64,000 nt of DNA from the human T2T-CHM13v2.0 reference genome, Homo sapiens. The first letter of the stretch is position 1, and every line of letters begins with the position of its first letter. Where the stretch lies: assembly GCF_009914755.1 (NCBI RefSeq), contig NC_060925.1; one strand, written 5' to 3'. Both the position numbers and the translations under genes were made by a program. Below, in pieces: positions 54,440 to 64,000 of the stretch. Under the pieces are notes generated by a model. That model was not told where the DNA came from. It did no database searches and saw only the letters and a list, made by a program, of their open reading frames with translations.

Positions 54440-54800
54440 TGAGTTCAGGAAGTGACCCACTGAAATTTATGTTTTCAAGAAATCATGCTGGTGGCAGTGT
54501 GCAGGGTAAAGGTCAGTTAGGAAGCCACAACAACAATCCAGGTGAGAGGCATGGGGGTAGGGAGAAGCAGACATGCGGGCGCTTTAGGAGGTGGACCCAG
54601 GCTTTAGTTGGGGGCAGGGTGTCCAAGCTAGGGAGAGATGAAGGGGAGGGAGGCGTTCCTGATGACTCAAGGGTTCAGAGCTTAGCAACCTGGGTGGATG
54701 GAAATGTCTTACAGAAAACAGGCAGGAAAGCAGGTTTTAAGGGGACGATGATGAGATCAGTTTTCAGCAAATGTCTATCTGAATTTGAAGAGCCTGAGAC
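54440..54800 (-). mobile_element. L2 fragment
   Basis: aatccaggtgagag...gatgactcaagggtt...agcaacctgggtggatgg. Confidence 0.6.
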
Positions 54801-55059
54801 AATCTACAGTTGTGTCTTAGGAAAATTCTACAGACTGTGATCTTCGTTTACTGAATTCAGGTAGTCACTATTTTTACCCTAGTTCTGCCAAACCACTTTC
54901 CTCCTCCTCTTTCCCCTTTGCACTGGTTACACTTAAAATAGTTTAAAAAGCAGCAGTTCCAAAACCCTAAACTTTCCTCCCTTCAAAAATAACACAGTGT
55001 GTATGCAAAATGCCACACTCATTACAGCTTATTTCTGAACAAAAAGCAGATTTCCCTGC

Positions 55060-55528
55060 AAATTCTTATTTGCATTTTCATTAAATTCAGATTCTTTATA
55101 ATGGCTTATGTGATCTGTTCTCTGTCTACTTCTCCAAACTTATCTCCTACCATGCATTCACTCATTCATTGTTCTTTACACTCCTACCACAGGAGCCTTC
55201 TTTTTGTGCTCAAACATGCGAAGCTTATTCCCAGCTCAGTGCCTTTGCACTGGCTGTTCCCTCTACCTGGAATGCTCTTCTCCAGATTTAACCTGGCTGC
55301 CTCCTGCTCATTCAGCTCTCAGCTCAAATGTCCCCTCCAAAGAGTGGTCTTTCCTGGTCACCTCCATCCCCAGTCCATCTCTCTGTCTCAGTCCCCTGCT
55401 TTGCTACCTTCACAGCACTTACCCCTTTCTGAATTGACCTCGTCATGTGATTTTTACTCAAGGAATTTTGTGTATCTTGTTCACAGTTGTATCCCCCAAG
55501 TAGACAATCAATAAACATTTGCTGAATT
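55060..55528 (+). mobile_element. L2 3' end
   Basis: gcctttgcactggctgttccctctacctggaatgctctt...caataaacatttgctgaat. Confidence 0.8.
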
Positions 55529-55529
55529 A

Positions 55530-55837
<308 letters not shown>

Positions 55838-56059
55838 GATCAACTTGGAGCTTATTAACAACTGAAAAACAGATGAAGAGACAGGGCCTTTGTCCACAAA
55901 AAATAGCAAAGAAACATCCAAGTACGAGAGAGACAACACAGGGCAGTGTCTCCTCCCTGTGTCCCTTCCACTCCCAGAAGCCCATTCCTCCAGACCACCT
56001 GGCGGATGCCTCACCTGTCACACTTTTCAATGTGGTATTACCAGAGGCTGTTGGACAGC

Positions 56060-56270
56060 AAAACGGTGCCATGAAAAGAGTACTGATTTCAGAGTCAGAC
56101 CACTCACTACTGTGCCTATAACCTTCCAAGCACAGTATTCAACCTCTCAGAACCTGCTTCCTCACTTGTAAATGGAGCCAGTATTCCCTAGCTCAGCCAC
56201 TATAAGGAGTGAGAAAGTGTATGTGAAGTTCCTAGCATATGCTGATACTCAAAGGGTAACTATCATCAGC
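56060..56270 (+). mobile_element. MIR SINE
   Basis: agagtcagac...aacctctcag...ttcctcacttgtaaatgg...tgtatgtgaag. Confidence 0.6.
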
Positions 56271-56490
56271 TTCATCCAGTTTACTGCCGGGACACTATAC
56301 TCTCTCAATTAGGGTTTAATAAATGCATTTAACTGTAGAAATAAGTTTAATTGATATTAAAGATGATGGATATTACGTGACCACTATGATAATGATGTCA
56401 ATTATAATAACAGTTAACATCTGAGCACTTACTAGTAACACCCTAAGTACTTTAAATATATCAGTAGCTGTTTTATTCCTAAGCCAAATA

Positions 56491-57317
56491 TGGTGTTTCA
56501 TCAATTCTAAGAAGCATATTTTGTTCACATTTTAAGATCCCTGATAATTGGAATGATTCTTCATGGTAGGCAGAAAGCTCCAAGGATGTCTGTGTCTTAA
56601 TCCCTGCAACATGTGAATATATTACATTACATGGCAAAAGGGACTTTGCATTATGCAATTAAGGTTACTGACCTTAATATATGGAGAGTACCCTATAGGT
56701 GGGCCCGATCTAATCAAAGGAGCCCTTAAAAACAGAATTTTCTCTGGCTGGAGGCAAAGAGATGCAGCAAAAACAAAAACAAAAAAAAAACATCAGAGAG
56801 ATCCCAAGCACGAGAAGGATTTGTCATAATGTTGCTAGTTCTGATATGGGCTCAAGGGCAAGGACCAGAGGGAGATCTCTAGGAGTCGAGGATGCCTCCC
56901 AGCTAAGAGGCAGCAAAGAGCCGGAGGCCCTCATCCTGTAATTGCAGGGAACTGGAGTCTACCCACAACCTAAATGAGCCTAGAAATGAATTCTTCCCAA
57001 AGCCTCCCAATAAGAGGCCAACACCTTGATTGTGGCCTTGTAAAACCCAGATGAGAGAAATCAGCCAAGCCCACCCTCACTTTCAATGTACAGAACTGTG
57101 AGATAATTCATATTTGTTGTGTTAGGCTGCTAAATTTGTGGTAATTTGTTATAGCGGCCATAGAAAAACTAACACACTCTTACAGCTGATGTGCATTATA
57201 ATTTAATCAGCAGCTTTTTTTTTTTCTTAGTGGCACATAGAATAGTGGCACATAGAATAATGCACATAGAATACCGGCACATCTAATCAATGACATCTGA
57301 AATCTGTTGAAATACGG
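56491..57317 (-). mobile_element. MER104-like Tc2 MITE split by MLT1E
   Basis: gtgtttcatcaattctaagaagcatattttgttcacattttaa at the left end; ttgaaatacgg at the right; TA at 56489-90. Confidence 0.7.
56562..57176 (+). mobile_element. MLT1E-like MaLR solo LTR
   Basis: tggtaggcagaa...tacatggcaaaagggactttgca...cagaactgtgagataa...gtggtaatttgttatagc. TSD ttctt/ctctt. Confidence 0.88.
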
Positions 57318-57410
57318 TGTTATTATCTCTGTTTTGCAAACGGGAAAACAGGATCTGAGAAGTCAGGTGATTTGCCCAGGAGACTGAAACCGCAAACTCA
57401 AGCTCTAAAC

Positions 57411-57734
57411 CAGGGGTGTCCAATCTTTTGGCTTCCCTGGGCCACACTGGAAGGGGAAGAATTGTCTTGGGCCACAAACAAAATACACTAACGATAGCTG
57501 ATGAGCTGAAAAAAAAAATCGCAAAAAAAATCTCATAATGTTTTAAGCAAGTTTATGAATTTGTATTGGGCCGCATTCAAAGTCGTCCTGGGCCGCATGC
57601 GCCCTGCATTATGAGATTATTTTGCAATTTGTCTGTAAGCTCATAAGCTGTCATTAGTATTAGTGTATTTTATGTGTGGCCCAAGACAATTCTTCCACTG
57701 TGGCCCAGGAAAGTCAAAAGATTGGACACCCCTG
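57411..57734. mobile_element. Two MER30 (hAT) pieces in inverted orientation
   Basis: caggggtgtccaatcttttg at 57411 and its reverse complement ending at 57734. Forward copy runs to ~57604; reverse copy is 57607-57734. Confidence 0.9.
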
Positions 57735-58899
57735 GGCTAGGGTATCTTGTCAAAAGGCCAAGGAATGGCTGACATGACCTCCTTCAGGCCCATGTCTGAT
57801 ACAGGACCACAGAGACCCAGCTAGCTCCAGAAGCAGTCAACCCCTTTTGATTAGGCACCCAAAGGTGCTAGGTACCCCTTCTAGGTACTGGACCAAGATC
57901 CTGTCCTTATGAAGCTGACACTGCAGTGAGGTAGGTTAATATAACAATTGATTGAGATAAGTGCTAGAAGGAAAACAAAACATCCAGAGAGCTTTAAACC
58001 AACCTTCATAAAAGTCAGAATGTACATATTCAGGAGCTAAAAAGAAACAGAGCACTGGGCCTGGAAGATAAAATTTTTCCTTTGGGATTTTTCATGGGCC
58101 ACTCATTGCTAGTGTAGGAACTCCCAGAGACAGAGTTTTTTGTTGTGAGTTTAAAAATTATTTTTGTTTTTTTGCTTTTTTTTTTGTTTTTTGATGGAGA
58201 TATAGGCTAACTTTATACTCAAATTCATAAGACTGCCTCTTGTGAATTTCCAAAAACAAAGCCACTGCCATCTTCCCATCAAATCATAATTTCCCTCTCT
58301 TTCAATGGCATTTAGTTTTTGAAAGATGAAAATTAATTTTATATTAAAATAGCATCCCAAGAGCTGACTGAAAGAGCACTTCAAAAAGAAAGATGATTCC
58401 ATGCAACTCCGATCCCACATCCTTTGTAGAGTCCTGAGCTCTGGTTTGACTTCTTACATTGTGCTTTTACTTTCATCTTCTCTTTCACCCTGGAAATACA
58501 GTAGACAGAGCTCTGATGGTGAAATTAAAGGGAGAACAGGAGCCCAATTCAGACAGTAAACAACAACAACAAAATACGGCATGTATAACCTTCCTTCAGG
58601 AGATACAGTGCAAGTGGAAAATTCTAGGCTTCTTAAAAGGAAGTTTTTAAGTTTTGCAGGAAATGCTATTGAAATGTATATATTCTCAATCTCTCTCTTT
58701 TGTTTTTGTTTGAGAGGGAGAAATTCTAGGCTAGAAGATCATCTTCATCATGTTTTTTGGAGAAGCCCCAGTTTAGTAATACCATTAGCTGAAAACTATT
58801 TTTAATTCAGACATTAGCAACTGGCATAAAACCCTACTTTCCACTTCTCTTGATTTTGCACTGACAATTTGGCAGCCCACTCTACCCTTAGGCCCAAAA

Positions 58900-59660
58900 G
58901 AGCCATCACATTTGTAAGTCTGTATTTAGGAGATTCTGACAGAGATGTATGCAAGAGGAAAGGTCAACAAATGCCCACAGGAGGATCAACATTCTAGAAA
59001 AGATGTAAGAACCGCCCCAAACCGCCATCTCACTCATAATCAAAAATATTTCAATGGCTCTAAATTACCGTTGTGCAGAAACCAGCTTAGCAAAAATAAG
59101 AAGAGCTGACACTTTTATGGCCATTGGCTGTACGGAACCGGGACATCCAATACATTCCTGATGGGAGGGCAAAATGGTTCAATCTTTCCGGAGGGGTACT
59201 ACAGAGCACTGTGATTCAGCAGTCCCACTTCTGGGAATCAATCCTTAAGTACACCTTCACAAAGCAAAATGATTTATTACATCTTTATTCATCACAGCAC
59301 TGTTTGTAATAGCAAAAGACTGGGAAACAGCCCAAAGGTCCAGCAGTAGAGATTGGTCAAATAAACCATGGTACATCCACATGATGGAAAACTTGTTATT
59401 CTGTGTGTGTGTGAGAAAGAGATACTTGCAGAGACAGATGTCTAAAACATACCACTAATTTTAAAAGGTAAGGTAAAGAAGAGTATATACACCACCTTTA
59501 ATGAGAGAAGGGGGAAGAATTAAAATACCATATATTCTTATTTGCTTGTGTTTACAAGTTGCTACTTGCAGAGAATATGGGAAAGGCATGGATGGGGATA
59601 AGATGGGAGCAAGGTTTTTGAATTTGAAAACTTTTGATTTTTGTGAATTTGCTATTTAAA
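58900..59660 (+). mobile_element. Old L1M(E) 3' fragment
   Basis: cagcagtcccacttctgggaat...cacagcactgtttgtaatagcaaaagactgg...aataaaccatggtacatccac. Confidence 0.75.
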
Positions 59661-59670
59661 GAAATCCTGG

Positions 59671-59987
59671 GGCTGGGCACGGTGGATCAGGCCTGTAATC
59701 CTAGCACTTTGGGAGGCTGAGGCTGGCAGATTGCTTGAGTCTAGGAGTTCGAGACCAGCCTGGGCAACATGGTAAAACCCCATTTCTACAAAAAACACAA
59801 AAGTTTGCCAGGTGTGGTGGCAGGCACCTATAGTCCAAGCTATTCAGGAGGCTGAGGTGGGAGGATCACCTGAGCCAGGGAAGTCGATGCTGCAGTGAGC
59901 CATGATTGTGCCACTGCACTCCAGCCAGGATGACAGAGTGAGATCCTGTCTCAAAAAAAAAAAAAAAAAAAAGGAAGCAAGAAAAGA
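59671..59987 (+). mobile_element. AluJ
   Basis: Dimer with gaggtgggaggatcacctgagcc right arm. TSD aaagaaatc(c/t)tg at 59658-69 and 59988-99. Confidence 0.93.
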
Positions 59988-62844
59988 AAAGAAATCTTGT
60001 AGGGAATTCTTGTAAGAAATTGTCAAAAATGTTTACCTTTGTATATGGTTATAATGTTTCTTGAGGATCATATATTATATATTTTCAAAAATATTGAAGT
60101 TGTATAAGCAATTTTCCCAGAAGTGTGAAGAACAGGACAAGATTGGCATGGAAGAGATAAAGCTAAGGTGGAGTTCAACAGCTCAGGAGGAGGAGTCGAA
60201 GAAACCTGGGTTTAGGCAGGTAGGTTCTCATGTGAAAGTCAGTCAGAGAAATCTCAGTCCAGAATTCAGGAGGTAAGCACAGTGAGTGTGGAGAGGGTAA
60301 TTTCTGCCCTGTGTTATATTACCTGCTGGATGTGGGTGGCTCTGAGCCCCCGGATATTTATTACAGCCATAAGGAAGTCAGAGAACTGTAGGTGAATGGG
60401 AGGCAAAGATAGGAACACTAGGATTACCTTCTAGGCAGCCTGCCAGGAGCATTGATTTGCTCTTGGATAAAGCATGCTGCTCATCAAATATTTATGTTAA
60501 AAAAGAGGGCAAGGCATGTGCTGGAATATTCTGCTGAATTTGACAGAGATATTCCTTGAAAACTTGAGACTCCTGGAATTTTGTGTAATCAAATCATACT
60601 ATAAACACAACAGGTGAATTTGCTATTTAAAGAAATTCTGTAAGAAATTCTTAGGAATTGTCATCTTCTGCTCTTTCTGCTTTGGGAATCTGAGTATGTC
60701 TGAAGATGGCTGCATTTAACCAGGTTAAATGTGAAAGGCATTCACGTTTCTGCATCTTTTAGTTTTTTTCACAAGGTGTATTGTCTCCAGAAAACAGCAG
60801 ATGGCCTAGGTCCGAAGTATGAACCAGCACCTTGATCCTCAGGACCACTGCCTTAGCAGTTAGATTCACTAAACATGGCTGATCCTACAGGCTGTGCAAA
60901 TGCCTCCCAGAAGAGGAGCCAGGAGAAGGAAGTTGATTCTGGCTACAGGCTTTCTAAAGGATCAACTTAAAAAAGCATGAAAGTAGTACCAGTTGGTACT
61001 AAGGGGAACACAGACAAACTCTCTGAGTTTGTGGTACCTTTGATAACAAGACTCCGCACCTTTTAACCTAAACTAGAAGCCTTTTTCCAGAAGCAGCAGC
61101 TACTCATAGGTAAGTTCCAAAGGCTCCTGCAACCACTGTTACTTGCATCCTGTCCCCAAGGAAGAAGGCCTACGGCTGGTCAATAAATAACATGAATCCC
61201 TCTCCACGTTCCCAGGAGTTACTACTACTCCATTCCCTGCACCAGGCCAACTACACAACGGGTGCTGGTGACCCTGGCAAGTATTAGGCAATACTGAGCA
61301 TGCTGGTGTTTAAGTAGCAATAAACAATGTCAACAGCACCCAAAGTGCTGGTCTTTACCTACCCCTCAGAAATAATGAATTGAAGAGAAAGAAACTCATC
61401 ATAGGCAATGTGTACCACTGAATGTTTGTTTCCTAGCATATATAATCAGTATTACTTTTTTACATGTACCTTGCTGACATACCACAGAAAACATGGTTTT
61501 ATTCCTTCATTCCACTGACATTCATGAAGTTTATATGTTTCCCAATAAAGCCTGACATGATAAACCAAATGGTTAAGTGACAGACTCTGCCAGCTGATGG
61601 CATCTAGAGGACTACTGTGGCTACAGGGGCTTTGAGAAGCAGAGCTGCTGGTAGCCATATTGTGCCTTTGTGTGTGTTAAAAAAAGGCATTCCTTCCATG
61701 TACACCTAGACTTTTGCAGGCTTGATAGCATCAGAAAGAAGTTCCCTTTTCTCCTAGCAGAGGCAATCCTACTCCAGGATGCATGTGGTTTTGTTTGTTT
61801 AGCAGATGTGAGCCTCCCATTTGCCTCCTTGCCCAGGCACTTTTGTGCAGTGAACAACCTGTATAACAGTTCAAGGTATCCCTGTCAAGAAGTCACAATC
61901 CATTCCTTCTGCTTCTTGGCCAGACATCCAACCCTCCCATGACAACTTATCTGCACAGCCAATCATGACCTTATATACCCACATGAAGCCCCATGGTCTA
62001 ATGTGCAGGCCATGGTCTAATAATTCAGAAGATTTCATTAGTCTAGGCACAGCTCAGGCACCTAGTCTAAAGGTTACACCTTTCTAATTTGCCTGAGATT
62101 CTGGTTAAACTTGGTATGATGATGTTATCTCAATAAGGTCTTCAATAAGCCTCAATAAAGTCCAAGAGGCTTTTAGATTTTGATTCCTCTTTCCACCCTT
62201 AGATTTAGCTCATGTTGGGATTTAATGGATTTCAGTTTGAGTCTTCATTTGAGAAAAAACCTTATGTTTTTCCTCTGCAATAATTTATCCCCCCAAAACA
62301 ACAAAAAATTTGAGGTAACTGCAAGCTTGGGGTCTGAGTCAAAGGGTCCCAGTGGGGAGTTAAGGGTTTAGTGTCCAGTGGTCAAGGACGTCTTGGCTAG
62401 TGCCATCTGAAGCTAAATAAAAGCCTGATTATTTCACTTCAATGAAGTTAAGATTCTGCCTCCAATGGGCTCATGTGAGTTTGCACAAAGCCATTCTGAA
62501 TCAAGACAATTCTCTACACACAATGCAAGTGCAGAGATGGCAACTGATTCAGACTTCACTCCAGTGAGCATGTGTGATCACGCAAACTCAAGTTCAACCA
62601 GAGCTTATACTTCTCTCTTCGGTCAACTAAAGGGGATCCTATGTCAATTACATGACCTTGCCTGCAAGGGGAGTGGTGGCCTACTGTGTCAGAAAGCATA
62701 CAGAATACAAAGCCTTCTGACTCTCTGGGCCCAAAGTCACCCACTTATTATACAATCAATGAAACTGAAAATTACAGAAGATTTTAGCAACCAATCTCTT
62801 AGAACTTCTAGATACTAACCCTCTGGCAGAACTGAAAGTATTAA

Positions 62845-63169
<325 letters not shown>

Positions 63170-64000
63170 AACACTCCAGTTTTTATTATACAGTAATTCT
63201 CTGAAATGCAGACCCATTAAAAGAAGACAAAAACCCTCCTTGTCACAGGATGGTAACCAGACACTTCACAACTGAGCACTTTTACGACACCCAATAAAGA
63301 CTAACATGATAAACCAAACACTTAAGTGACATCAGATATGATTTTCAAGAGAGACTCTCCAATAAATGGAATAATCTAGCTACAAGTTATCTTAAGTCAA
63401 GTCACCTCCACCATCTGCCCTGGATCCATGCTACCTGTTAACTACTCTCCTGTCATTCCTAAGGGAGGAAAGTGGGGAGGTCAGGATCTGTGGGTATGTG
63501 CTGGTTCTAGAACAGGATTTAGCGAGTCAGTTCCTTCATCTGTACTATCCAGACCCCCTTTGGAAGTCCAGGGATGAAAGAGGTAGGCTTCACAGGGTCA
63601 CCAAGGACTGGGCCTTTGTGTGCGCTTCAGGCCTGCTGGGTCTCAGCAGCCATTTGGAAGTGTTAACTGCTATGGCTAAAGAGTGGCAAGCCTGATGGAG
63701 AGGCACTGATGATTCTCCTCAGGAAGGTCACCTAAAAGGAGTCTCCTCCTCATGTTTCTCTTGATTAGTTTTATAGTTTTTAAGCAAAACTGACTCCATA
63801 AAGCCCACTTCACTCTCACCTCTGGCTGGATGCACCTCCATCTCCGTGCAGAGGGCATGAGATGTGGAGTTAAGATGCTTCTGGGTCAAATTCTGTCCTT
63901 GCAACTTGAGCAAGGTTCAGACCTTTAAGGAACCTCAGCTTCCTCCTCTGGGCTGTTGTGACAACTGAGCAAGACTGTATACGGGAAGAGTTTAGAAAGG

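Overview
Human or great-ape genomic DNA with no protein-coding exon and no prokaryote-type features. It is most likely the intronic interior of GNG12 (G-protein gamma-12) on the minus strand. A 50-nt exon with canonical splice sites at 12901-12950 matches my recollection of the non-coding GNG12 5'UTR exon 2, which would make 12951-64000 intron 1 and 1-12900 intron 2; this identification is from memory, not a database search. The rest is unique intronic DNA with dense transposon relics: Alu/FLAM, a 5'-truncated L1PA2, a ~6 kb decayed L1MC, L2, many MIRs, MaLR LTRs, and hAT and Tc-mariner MITEs. A U7 snRNA retropseudogene lies at 8035-8095. Apart from the L1 ORF2-derived ORFs, the ORF track looks spurious. 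I see no convincing novel biological system. The best leads are a candidate 30-nt 5'UTR microexon (3170-3199), a palindromic double MER30 hairpin, the intron-sense U7 copy, short dispersed duplications, a possible L1 3' transduction, and CTCF/NRF1-like sites. Repeat family names come from recalled consensus sequences. Boundaries of old repeats (MIR, L2, L1M, LTR) are approximate.
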